Positions 41,624 to 51,608 are shown, counted from the first letter of the whole stretch. The stretch is 63,853 bases of DNA, filler included, from 4 parts of 4 records of this genome joined end to end with filler, not necessarily neighbours in it, one strand, 5' to 3'. Program-made: numbers and translations. Notes: generated by a model not told the origin, from the letters alone.

Positions 41624-43289
41624 GAGCAGGATTAAAGCTGATTTAGGGGAGCATATGACAGTGCTGATCGTTGATGACAGTCCTGCCAACCTTGAAGTTG
41701 TCGAGAACTGCCTAAAAGAGTGCGGGTTCACCACACTGGTGGCAACAAGCGCTGAGACGGCCCTTAAACGGGTAAGCTACAGCCGCCCCGACTTAATCCT
41801 TCTGGATGTCATGATGCCGGGGATAGACGGCTTTGAAACCTGCCGCACGTTAAAATCAGATGAGGAGACAAGAAGTATTCCGGTGATCTTCATGACGGCA
41901 TTAACCGATCCTGAACATAAGGTCAAAGGTTTCACGGCAGGTGCTGTTGACTATATTACCAAACCGGTGGAGAAAAAAGAACTCCTGGCCCGTGTGACCA
42001 CCCACCTGAAAATTCATATCTACCAAAACCATCTTGAAAAAGAGGTTGAAAAAAGAACGGAGGAGCTCGAGGAGCGCATGGCCGCACTGAACAGGGAGGT
42101 CACCGAGCGGAAGCAGACCGAAGAAGAACTGGATCATCTTCGCAACTACCTGAAAAACATTATTGACTCCATGCCCTCTGTGATAATTGGAGTGGATTCA
42201 TCCGGCAGAGTGACCCAATGGAACAAAACAGCGGAACAAACTACGGGGATCAGTGTCTCAAATGCACACGGAAAAAACCTGTCTGACGTATTTCCACGGA
42301 TGGCATCCCAAATTGAAAGAATAACCGAAAGCATCCGTACCAGGGAAACAAGAACGGAACAGAAGGTGCCCCGAAAATCGAAGGGTGGTACCTGCTACGA
42401 GGATGTGACCATCTATCCCCTGATTGCGGATGGTTTTGAAGGTGCGGTGATTCGCATTGACGATGTTACCGACAAGGTGCGGATGGAAGAGACGATGATC
42501 CAGAGCGAAAAAATGATGTCCGTTGGCGGACTTGCAGCGGGAATGGCCCACGAGATCAATAACCCGGTGGCAGGGATGATGCAGAGTGCTGAAGTAATCA
42601 ACAATCGTCTCACCAATACCCGGATGCCTTCCAATATTCAGGCGGCAGAGGAAATCGGCATTCGTCTTGAGGACATAAACAGCTTTATGGAGAAAAGGGG
42701 AATACTGCGAATGGTTGAAGCCATCAGCGAGTCAGGACGCAGGGTGGCCGCTATTGTGGAGAACATGCTCAGTTTTTCCAGGAAGAGTGATGCTGCTGTT
42801 TCACCCTGTGATATGGCCGTGTTGGTGGATAAGACCCTGGCCCTTGCCTCATCCGACTATGACCGACAAAAACACCATGATTTCAAATCAATCGAGATCG
42901 TTAAAGAATATGACGACAACCTGCCCCATGTCGTTTGTGAAGGCCCAAAAATCCAGCAGGTCCTACTCAACATTCTCAGAAACGGCGCACAGGCCATGCA
43001 AGAGATGGGCCAAGGAAAAAAGCACCGTTTTATTATTAGATTATCAACGAAAACAGAGCCAAACATGTTTCGCATTGAAATTGAAGACAACGGCCCGGGC
43101 ATCAGCGAGGCTGTCCGGAAGAGGATATTTGAGCCTTTCTTTACCACCAAACCGAATGGTGCCGGCACAGGACTTGGACTTTCCGTTTCATATTTCATCA
43201 TCACCGAAAATCATGGGGGAACCATGGAAGTAGAATCGGAACCCGGTGAAGGGACGGTTTTTATCATAAGATTGCCCCTGAAACGATAA
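41607..43289 (+). CDS. REC-PAS-histidine kinase
   Basis: VDD...LLDVMMP...KP, PAS region, AHEINNP, NILRNGAQA, GTGLGL. Confidence 0.9.
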   Translation: MTMTDKSRIKADLGEHMTVLIVDDSPANLEVVENCLKECGFTTLVATSAETALKRVSYSRPDLILLDVMMPGIDGFETCRTLKSDEETRSIPVIFMTALTDPEHKVKGFTAGAVDYITKPVEKKELLARVTTHLKIHIYQNHLEKEVEKRTEELEERMAALNREVTERKQTEEELDHLRNYLKNIIDSMPSVIIGVDSSGRVTQWNKTAEQTTGISVSNAHGKNLSDVFPRMASQIERITESIRTRETRTEQKVPRKSKGGTCYEDVTIYPLIADGFEGAVIRIDDVTDKVRMEETMIQSEKMMSVGGLAAGMAHEINNPVAGMMQSAEVINNRLTNTRMPSNIQAAEEIGIRLEDINSFMEKRGILRMVEAISESGRRVAAIVENMLSFSRKSDAAVSPCDMAVLVDKTLALASSDYDRQKHHDFKSIEIVKEYDDNLPHVVCEGPKIQQVLLNILRNGAQAMQEMGQGKKHRFIIRLSTKTEPNMFRIEIEDNGPGISEAVRKRIFEPFFTTKPNGAGTGLGLSVSYFIITENHGGTMEVESEPGEGTVFIIRLPLKR

Positions 43290-43357
43290 CAAGGATCAAT
43301 AATAACCCATATTTCTCCTTTTACGAAAGGTTGGGATATAAAAAGAAAAAGTGAGAT

Positions 43358-44140
43358 ATGATTAAAGACAGTCGGATCATCATGGCGTCAGTGCCATGCC
43401 TTTTTTTCTTCCTGACACTGCACAGCCTTTCTTATGCTGAAGATACTTTCAGAATTGGCTTTTTTGAACTGAAACCTCATATTTACATCGGGAAGAGCGG
43501 CATAGCAGAAGGTTCTGCCGTTGATTATTGGGAAAACTGGTTATTGCCGGAAATGAACGCAAAAGCCGAATGGGTAGGTCCTCTGCCCTACTCCCGGCTG
43601 ATGGAAAAACTGAAAACCGGGATAATCCATGCCGGAATCATCCTTGGAAAAAACCCGGAAAGAGAGCATTTTCTGTATTATCCCGAAGCCCCGTTTTATT
43701 CTGCTAAACCTGTTCTGGCTGTAAGAAGCGATTTTCCGCTCAAAGGAATTGGTTCTGTCAGGGATATGGCCGGCATGAGGATATGCTATGTGATGAAGGG
43801 CTACCTGTCGCCGTTTATGAGAGACTCCCGGATAACTTTTGACAATCTTTCACACAAGAACTGGGCGCAAGCCAATCTCCTGAAGCTGGTTGAGGAGAGG
43901 TGTGATGGCGTGTATTTCCCCGAGCTGAACACCGCAGAATATTATAAGAATCAAATGGGGATACAGGACAGAGTGAGAGAAATTGTCCTGCCGGAGAAAG
44001 CGAGCGTGTTTTACACTGCATTTTCAAAGAAGGCGGGCAGTACCTTTTTTAAAAAATACAGTCTTGCACGTAAAGTGACAGATAACAAAGTAAGGTATGG
44101 TGATTTATGTAAAAAATACATCTACCAGAGAAAAAAATGA
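43358..44140 (+). CDS. Periplasmic substrate-binding (SBP family 3-like) protein
   Basis: Signal peptide; P..R....LK.G, K.PERE, KL...R.D patterns. Confidence 0.7.
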   Translation: MIKDSRIIMASVPCLFFFLTLHSLSYAEDTFRIGFFELKPHIYIGKSGIAEGSAVDYWENWLLPEMNAKAEWVGPLPYSRLMEKLKTGIIHAGIILGKNPEREHFLYYPEAPFYSAKPVLAVRSDFPLKGIGSVRDMAGMRICYVMKGYLSPFMRDSRITFDNLSHKNWAQANLLKLVEERCDGVYFPELNTAEYYKNQMGIQDRVREIVLPEKASVFYTAFSKKAGSTFFKKYSLARKVTDNKVRYGDLCKKYIYQRKK

Positions 44141-44207
44141 ATTACGGTATCAAAACAGCTAATCATCTGGTCACCCCCCCTTTTTATGACTGGTGTTTTG
44201 ACAATCA

Positions 44208-44384
44208 TCATTCCAATAAAAGGATTTGCATCTTTCCCCAGCCGGGCCGGTGGGGATCGCCACCCCCCAGAAAACTCAGGGACGCTTCACTGATCATGGC
44301 GCTTGCCACGGCCAGAACGAACTTGGCGGACACGATCTCGGAAACATTGGGCAGCAGGTGATAAAAAACAATGCGCGTCCTGGA
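44208..44384 (-). pseudogene. Fragment of DppC/OppC-type ABC permease
   Basis: Minus frame reads SRTRIVFYHLLPNVSEIVSAKFVLAVASAMISEASLSFLGGGDPHRPGWGKM; no start or N-terminal part. Confidence 0.7.
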
Positions 44385-44553
44385 AAAAACAGGACGGCCA
44401 GGGAAAGAGATGGATTAGAAGGAAGGGGTCGGACGTCTCATTGGAAAATGATGGATTCATTATTTTTACACATCCCGGTTGACATATACCGCTGTTCCAT
44501 GTTTATCTCCTGTGTTTTTTTAACTAACAGACGATTTAAAGGAAGTAACAACG

Positions 44554-45168
44554 ATGATTCTGCATTATCTCTACATACTGGGTATTACGGTTGAGGCCAT
44601 CACCGGTGCCTTGAAAGCGGGCAGCAAAAAAATGGACGTGTTCGGGGTGATCATCATCGCTTGCGCCACGGCCATCGGCGGGGGGAATATCCGGGACGTC
44701 CTTCTCGGCAACCACCCCATCTCCTGGGTGGGGCACCCGGAGTACATTGTCATCACCACCTGCGCGGCGATGATTACCATCCTGTTATCCCCCTTCATGA
44801 AGTATTTCCACCGGGTTTTTCTTGTCCTGGATGCCCTGGGCCTGGTGACCTTTACCATTATCGGGGTGCGCATGACCCTGGCCCTGGGGCACGGGTTTAT
44901 CGTGGCCTCCATCATGGGGGTGATCACCGGGGTCTCTGGCGGCGTGATCCGGGATGTGCTGTGCCGGGATATCCCCCTGGTCTTTCAGAAGGAGGTATAT
45001 GCCGGTGTCTCCATCGCCTCTGCCTGGTTGTTCCTTATCCTCCATGCCCGGGGACTGCCCGAACTCTCTGTGATTCTCATCACCTTGGGAACGGGGTTTT
45101 CCATGAGGCTTCTGGCCATTTACTACAACCTTGAAATACCGAAATTCAACTACACCCAGGCAAATTGA
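44554..45168 (+). CDS. YadS-like trimeric intracellular cation channel (UPF0126) protein
   Basis: Duplicated D.FG...TAIGGG.IRD / DALGL...GG.IRD motifs. Confidence 0.9.
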   Translation: MILHYLYILGITVEAITGALKAGSKKMDVFGVIIIACATAIGGGNIRDVLLGNHPISWVGHPEYIVITTCAAMITILLSPFMKYFHRVFLVLDALGLVTFTIIGVRMTLALGHGFIVASIMGVITGVSGGVIRDVLCRDIPLVFQKEVYAGVSIASAWLFLILHARGLPELSVILITLGTGFSMRLLAIYYNLEIPKFNYTQAN

Positions 45169-45367
45169 GGATCAAGACTACCGCGAGAAAAAATGATGTT
45201 GAAGAAGGCGGGGCCATCTCTTCGGACATGGCCCTGATCTACCCGGTCTCCATTCTCTCCGGGGCGGTGAACCGGGGAGCCCGTATGGACTTTCACTCTC
45301 CCTACGTGTTTCTGGCCCTAACCGCTTTTGTCTCCGTTCCCCTGGGTCTGGCCCTGTATTTCTAAGG

Positions 45368-46325
45368 TTATGTTGCAATGATACCGTTGATATAACCTGT
45401 CATCTTTTCTGATCCGGCGGGTGCATTTACCTGTTCCCATTCAACTCCGGAAGGACGCCCGCCCATGCGTTTCATAAAATTCACCATGGAGGGATGAGTG
45501 TAGATGCTTCCGGGGATGAACAGCGGCATCGAGGGCGTTTGATGAAAATCGACATCGTTCCATGTATACCAGACAAAGCCCTTGTTGATAAATGACCGCC
45601 GCTAACGCCTCCCCTCCCTGATGAAATGCTTTCCGGGTGTCTTCCCTTAAAAACCCGACACCGATTTTCATGCCGGAAGTAATATCCCCCATGATATGAG
45701 AACTTACCCGGGCAAGATAAATGAGATGGTCCGCCCCATTGATGGCGGTTGTGACCCATAGGGGGGCTTTCCAGTGATGCTGCCCCTCAGGATAGACAGA
45801 CATGAACGCGTCATACCCCAGCTCTTCGAAGAATACGGCTTCAGCCCCGTTTTGCTCGATCACATCCAAAAGCCCCGCCTGTCTGCAGCACTCCCGGGAA
45901 GCCCCTTTCCGGCCCTCCTTCGACCAGTGAACACTCTCCACGCCACTGGAATCGCCGACCATAATCCGGCCGGCGCCTTTTTCCCGCATAAGCCGGATCA
46001 TAAACCCCAGCGACCAGGGATCAGTTGTGGCCGGAAACGGATTTGCGGAATTGAGTGCCAGCTTGATAAACACGGAATCGCCCCTGGACATCCAGGTAAA
46101 ATCAGTGGAAGCCTCGATGGTTTTTTTAAAAACATCATAGGCGCCGGCATGTTCCCCTTTCGGTATCCACGCGCTTGCGACATAGGGCGTCCAGGTGTCG
46201 GAGACCGGCATTGCGGCGACCTCCTCCTTCGTGATTTTCATGGTATGGGCGCAGGCAGGCAAAAACGCAGCGCCGGCGGCAGCTCCCGAAAATTTCAAAA
46301 AGTCTCTTCTTGACCATTTTGTCAT
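45368..46325 (-). pseudogene. Tat-exported DUF362 family protein, apparently internally deleted and frameshifted near 45605
   Basis: SRRDFLK Tat signal, GD.V.IK..N...P.TT.P, AD..I.L.R...H; probable C-terminus (RRSFINKG...IYTHPS...GGRP) in another frame at 45368-45601. Confidence 0.6.
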
Positions 46326-47470
46326 GAGTCGCCTCCTTCGGCTCTCTCCATATAGGTTGCCAGAGACCTGGCACCGTTCCGGAACATCCTGCCGATAATC
46401 AGCCTTCCGACCGGTCCGGCCAGTCTGATCAGGAAGCGCGGTTCACAGGCCACGGTATAAGTAAATTGTGTCCTTCCATTGCCCGATGATTCCAGCCGGT
46501 AGTCTTCGCAGAATGCGTGAGCAAACGGCATGCTGGTTTCCGTAAAATAAAAGGTGAACCGTTTTCCTGTCTCCCAGGTAATGAATTTTTCATACACGGT
46601 CATGGCCTTCAGTGTCACCGTCCGGGTGGTCCCCACCCCAAACGGCCGGGGGCTGGTCCACTCCACCTTTACAATCTCCTTAAACCATTTTGGCCAGGAT
46701 TCCGGGTCTTCCAGTACCGCAAACACCCGCTCCGGAGAAGCATTGATTGTCACTTCATTTACAAACCTGACAGGGGCCGAATTCAAAAAAGCCAACTCCA
46801 CCGGACGACAGGAAAACCGCTTGTTTCTTATCTTGTTCACTGAAAGCCTGAAGTAATTAAACGGAAGTAAAACAACATTTTTCCAGTCTGCAAAACTTCC
46901 CTTTGCCAGCATATTCATTGACACTTGCAAGTTATCTTTAAGGGATGGAACAATCCATGATTTTTTCGGTCCGGTCTGAACCGTGTGGCCGGAATCCCTA
47001 TGGAGATGTTCCAGAAAAGAGAGTTCGTCCGCCAGGTCAACACGTTTGGCGGTACCGTCAAGAGACCGATAACAGATTTTTCCCTGGGGATTTATTATGA
47101 ACGTGGCAGGCCGGGCAATGCCGTCATGCTCAAACGGGTTTCTGAGGTTAAACAGATCAACAACCACTCTTTCTTCATCACAAAGAAGTTTAAATGAGAG
47201 GTTCATTTCTTCAATGATACGTTCCGACTGCTCCGGCGAATCCGTGGCAAGGGCAAAAACCTTTGTATTATACTGTGTGTAGGTATCATGGTATTTCTGT
47301 ATTTCCGCCAACTGGTGGAGGCAAAAGGGTCACCAGTGTCCCCGGTAAAACATCAGTTTAACATTTGCACCTTTTTCCAGTACTTCACTGAGTTTGAATG
47401 TTTTTCCGTCCGATCCTGACACTTCAAAATCCGGTGTATTCTGCCCGATGTCGGGGACAGTGTTAGTCAT
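46322..47470 (-). CDS. Selenoprotein: AhpC/TSA peroxiredoxin-like domain (UxxC) fused to a START/SRPBCC domain, 382 aa
   Basis: GGAGG RBS + ATG 47470; MTNTVPDIGQNTPDF...FYRGHW-TGA(47330-47332)-PFC, in frame with ORF 46322-47311; ARPATFII; C-terminal INASPERVF..L.D..SWP.W...GVGTTR. Confidence 0.85.
47304..47319 (-). promoter_or_regulatory. Bacterial SECIS-like hairpin
   Basis: UCCACC-AGUU-GGCGGA starts 10 nt after the UGA, with G in the apical loop. Confidence 0.6.
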
Positions 47471-47810
47471 TTAACCCTCCCTATTTAGATTTTCAGCAGC
47501 TTTATCTCTTTTTAAATATTGAAGAAGTAATCCCAGATTGTGCCGGACGCTTGCCCGGCCCGGCAGACCGGCGGCCGCTTTTTGAAGATAAACCAGTGCC
47601 TCATCATATCTTTTTTCTTCGACCAGTAACAGGCCCAGGGAATATGTAATGTCATACATCTGCGGATTTTTTGCAAGAATTTGGGTAAAAAGTTTTTCCG
47701 CTTTTTCATTTTCATCTGCGGCATTGTAGAGCATGGCCAGATTATTTTTTGCCGGAAAGAACAACGGGTCGAGCCGGATGGCCTGCCCATAATTTTCAAC
47801 GGCTTTCACT
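47471..47810 (-). pseudogene. TPR-repeat gene fragment
   Basis: Y..AI.LDP...A..NLA and YSLGLL...Y.EA...L.KA...P......NLG TPR motifs; no credible start. Confidence 0.65.
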
Positions 47811-47846
47811 CCCCACAAAACCAGGGGCGGATCAGAAACCGATAAA

Positions 47847-48092
47847 ATGGAGGGGACGTCATTCCGGGACCTACAGCTTAAAACACGGCAGGATCTGGCC
47901 AAAAGCAATTTACCTAACGGAATGACCAATTCCCAGGTGGCCTACCTTCTCGGACTTTCAGAACCGTCGGCCTTTCAGCGCGCGTTCAAACGATGGTACA
48001 CTATCAGCCCCGGAGAATATAGAAGATCAGTTCAGGGACGCCCAAATTCAACCTATAACCAACAAAAACTTGAGAGTCCCCTTCTTTTTTAG
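47847..48092 (+). pseudogene. C-terminal HTH fragment of an AraC-family regulator
   Basis: EGTSFR...R..LA, VAYLLG.SE.SAF.RAFKRW...SP.EYR; N-terminal domain missing. Confidence 0.8.
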
Positions 48093-48271
48093 AATTTGAA
48101 GCCGAGGGAAAAGCGAACCGCGTTGGATTCATGTCCGATCCCGCCGGAGCTGTAATCGGTCCATCGTTCCCCGGTGACGCCGTTCATGGCCCACCCGCAA
48201 GCGGGCAACACCAGTATGATTGCGGCCAGTACAGCCGGAAAATTCCATTTCAATTTCACCAGTTCCAACAC
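48089..48271 (-). pseudogene. Remnant of an outer-membrane beta-barrel (signal peptide joined to last strand)
   Basis: Hydrophobic signal ending GWA-MNG, then after about 20 residues VRFSLGFKF-stop. Confidence 0.55.
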
Positions 48272-48392
48272 CCCCTCAAAAAAGTAAACAGCTCTTCACC
48301 TGAAAAAGCCCTGTATATACCAGGTGCCGCGATTTGAAAATCGTTTTTTTTAGTAACGATTCAGCACGCCTGCTAGAATAAGGGCAATTCCT

Positions 48393-49562
48393 TTAATCCG
48401 TATGTGCTTCATGCATCACCTCGTTCATTCGGGGTTGGATGTGAATGCCTCGTTTAATGGCACGGCGAAAGCCGGCGGCTTTGGCAAAACACACCCCGGC
48501 CGGGCAGAAAAATCGGCACCAGAAGCGGGGAATGACAAATGCTCCTCCAATAACCATGGAGATCAGGTACCACTGTATGGTGGTTCCCTTGAGGCCAAAA
48601 AGCGTGGCAAAGGGTTCGATGGCGGCATGGGCGGCATTGCCAGTGGCAAAGGCGACCATCAGAACCAGCCATGCGAGGCCTTTGGCCGCAGCCTTTAGCC
48701 ATGCCTGAATCCGCTTGGGGACGGTGGTCTGCAAGCCTCCGGTGCGTGCTATCATCTCCTGGAGGGCTCCAAAGGGACAGAGCCAGGAGCAGTAAACGTT
48801 TTTGCCAAGGGCCATGACAAGAAACAGGCTTCCCGGGACCAGCAGCCACCAGAAGAGGTTTTCGCCGGCAGAGGGAGCATGCCCCATGAAAAGGGCGGCG
48901 ATATTGGAGACGGAAACAGGCCGATTCATGATCAATCCCAGGAAAAAAAAGCTGACAATCAGCACGGGAAGCCTTGCCTTCCTGAATTTCAGGAGGCTTC
49001 CGGCGACGGCGGCTGCATAGAGCAGCAACAGCAACACCTCATTCCGTCCCAGGGACCAGGAAACGGTTTGTTCCGGGATCTCTTTGCCCGCAAGCTCATG
49101 GGCCGAGATCTCCATCCCTGACCGTACGGCCCGGGTGATGGCCAGGGAGGAGATGGTCGCACCGCTGACAGCGTCGATGTCTTTTCCTGCGACAAGGACA
49201 TCCTGGGGCGTTTTCCCCTTGAACTGGGAGAAAAAATTATTTGAAACGAGGTAGTCAAAGAACACCTGGGTCTCCCGATGGTCCGTCACCAAAACTTCCT
49301 CGAGGGTGAGTTCCGGGGTTATCACCGGGGCCACTGTCATGGGGCCGCCCCAGCCCGTGGAACGGCCCGGGTAGATGTAATATTTTATTTTGCCGTTCTC
49401 CATCACCCTGTACGCTTCCGGGGTTGATCCCGATTTTTCAAGGGTGTATGCGTCATAATGGGCGCTTAGAATCCGAAGTGTCCTGTCTTCACTGTCGCTC
49501 CAGCCGTAGAATATGGCGCTGATGAGGGAGAGAATGGCAATGAACTTGAGTACTTTTTTCAT
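48393..49562 (-). CDS. rdhC: RdhC (NosR/NirI-like membrane protein with FMN-binding domain)
   Basis: GWGGP, DAVSGATISS flavinylation motif, TMs, two CxxxCP motifs (CSWLCP, CRFFCP); downstream of rdhAB. Confidence 0.85.
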   Translation of the reverse strand: MKKVLKFIAILSLISAIFYGWSDSEDRTLRILSAHYDAYTLEKSGSTPEAYRVMENGKIKYYIYPGRSTGWGGPMTVAPVITPELTLEEVLVTDHRETQVFFDYLVSNNFFSQFKGKTPQDVLVAGKDIDAVSGATISSLAITRAVRSGMEISAHELAGKEIPEQTVSWSLGRNEVLLLLLYAAAVAGSLLKFRKARLPVLIVSFFFLGLIMNRPVSVSNIAALFMGHAPSAGENLFWWLLVPGSLFLVMALGKNVYCSWLCPFGALQEMIARTGGLQTTVPKRIQAWLKAAAKGLAWLVLMVAFATGNAAHAAIEPFATLFGLKGTTIQWYLISMVIGGAFVIPRFWCRFFCPAGVCFAKAAGFRRAIKRGIHIQPRMNEVMHEAHTD

Positions 49563-49616
49563 ATTGTAAAATCTTTTTAATTCTTACTTCAGAAGGTTGT
49601 GTCTGCCCTGGAGTGC

Positions 49617-49922
49617 CTAAGCAACCGGCGGGACATCGCCTCCTTTTTCGTGCCGTTTCTTCCATGCCATGCCCAGGAGCAGGATGGAGGGCAAACCGAA
49701 AAAGAGGAGCCCCATATTGGCGGCCTGGTGCTCTTGTTCCAGGATGGAGCTTACCGACCAGGCCATGCCAAAAATGAACAGAAACAATCCGACGCCTGTG
49801 AAAAGAAGACTGAGGCTTCCGGCCTTGTAAATCCGTTTCAGGTAAACCATGCCGATAATGCCAAGCGTAGTGAACACCCCGAGAAAGAAAAAAAGAATTT
49901 CTATGCCACTGAAGACACCCAT
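49617..49922 (-). CDS. rdhB: Reductive dehalogenase membrane anchor
   Basis: 101 aa, three hydrophobic helices, AGGAGG RBS, directly after rdhA. Confidence 0.8.
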   Translation of the reverse strand: MGVFSGIEILFFFLGVFTTLGIIGMVYLKRIYKAGSLSLLFTGVGLFLFIFGMAWSVSSILEQEHQAANMGLLFFGLPSILLLGMAWKKRHEKGGDVPPVA

Positions 49923-49942
49923 GTATATCCTCCTTGTTGTAA

Positions 49943-50886
49943 TTATGATTTCCAGAAATGATCCACGGCTTTTTTATCGAAGGAGTTGCCGTAACCGAAC
50001 AGTTTGTCCATTTCCCGCATCACCGAATGAACCGGGCCGGGCATCATGTGGTTGACCTTGTCCACCAGGCGATGGTGCCAGAAGTTCGGTTTGTTGTAGG
50101 GGCAGCTGGTGATACAGGTGGCACAGTTACTTTTGGTCTTTCCCCATGCCAGCAGGCATTTCTTGGCATCGATGCTCCATCTTTTCACGCCGGGGTTATT
50201 GCATTCATCGTTTATTTCAAATGAGGGTTTCTTCTCCTTTGAAATGGCGTGTCCCGGACAGGCGTCTGCGCAAAGCATGCAGGTTTCGCAAAAATGCTGG
50301 ACCCCGAAGCTCACCGGACTGTCACAGGCCAATTCCATTTCCGTAAATACCTTGCTGAGACGTACCCGCGGGCCATATTCATAGGTGACGAGGATACCGT
50401 TCCTTGCCGCCTCCCCAAGTCCCGCCGCTATGCCGTAGGGAATGTTCAAGGCCACATCGTTACCGGTGGCAAAGGCCTTGTAGCCGATGCTGGTGATGAA
50501 TTCCCGCAGGGAGGCGCCGGTAATTGCCATCTGGGAATATCCCTGGCCCACGGCTGCGCCGGAAATTCCCGAAGGGGCCGTGGTCATGGCTTCATAATCC
50601 ATCTCAAACCCAAGGACGATGACGGATTTGGGTTTAAAGGGCCTGAAAGGGCCTGGCAAAAAGCCGTATCTTTCTGATGAAACCGTTGATAAACCGAGCT
50701 GTCAATTTTATTGGCAAGGCTTGCTGCTGTCTGCTTGGCTGTCATGCTTTTGGATGCCTCGGCCATGACCGTTGAGGGCAGGGTTGCAACCATGGCAGAT
50801 CCCGCCACGGCAGATGCGGCGCCCAGCTTGACAAATTTTCTTCGGCTTAGATCAATGCCTTTTTCCGGATGATGTTCCAGATCCAT
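49943..50886 (-). pseudogene. rdhA: Respiratory reductive dehalogenase, split across two frames with a central segment missing
   Basis: SRRKFVK Tat signal and RFHQKDTAF in ORF 50584-50886; YSQM, AGLGE..R.G, GPRVRL.KVFT, FCETCMLCADACP, CATCITSCP in ORF 49943-50659. Confidence 0.88.
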
Positions 50887-50939
50887 ACGAATCTCCTTGA
50901 TGTTTAACTCTTTTTTCGAAACCTGATCGGCTTCGTCTG

Positions 50940-51560
50940 CTATAAATGATGAAATGGGAGCCCACTTGTTTCGCCGGAAAGAAGCGCCCGGAATTTATCC
51001 AGGGACTGGGCCCCCGTGATGATCTCTTTGTTGTTCAGGATAAATGTAGGGGCTCCGGTAACCCCTGACTTCCGGCCTTCCTCCAGGGCGGATGCCAGAC
51101 GCGGAAGATAAGTGCCCTTTGTCAAGGCCGCCGCAAGCTCATTCCGGTTCAACCCGGACGCTTCCGCAATGCCAAAAAGGATTTCCGGATCAGCGATATT
51201 TTTGCCCTCCCCTGAACAGGCGGCAAACAACCTGCCGTGCATGTCGTCATATACCCCCCTGTCCCGTGCAAGTTCCGATGCCGCCAGGGCCGCCCGGGAG
51301 TTGTAAAGGCGCTCCATTTCCCCGAAACGGATACCGTACGGTTCTCCGAGCCTGTTCAGGTTCTCAGCCAGGGCATCCCGGTCCAGGTGCTGGAATTTCT
51401 CGGAAATGAGCACCCCTTCGGGAGGCGTTTCCGGATGGATTTCAAACGGGAGCCATGTGACATCCAGTTGAAACTCTTTTTTCAGTTGATCGACAATACC
51501 CTTGCCGATGTAACAGAACGGTCAGACATAATCGGAAAAAATACGAAGTGTATGTTTCAT
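50940..51560 (-). CDS. Selenoprotein: DsbA/FrnE-like thiol-disulfide oxidoreductase (UxxC), 206 aa
   Basis: ATG 51560; MKHTLRIFSDYV-TGA(51522-51524)-PFCYIG...WLPFEIHP, in frame with ORF 50940-51413 (GVTGAPTF, GAQ). Confidence 0.88.
51489..51509 (-). promoter_or_regulatory. Bacterial SECIS-like hairpin
   Basis: AUCGGCAA-GGGUA-UUGUCGAU 8-bp stem, 12 nt after the UGA, G-rich loop. Confidence 0.75.
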
Positions 51561-51608
51561 GGTGTTGTTCCTGATATTTTGATGGATGTTATCTTCAGTT
51601 AAGGGCTG

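Noticed and set aside
45165-45365. Small hydrophobic ORF after yadS
   Set aside because: Possibly another membrane-protein fragment, but no family or start signal could be supported
48310-48335. sigma54 promoter upstream of the barrel remnant
   Set aside because: CGGCAC is present on the minus strand but the required GC at -12 is missing
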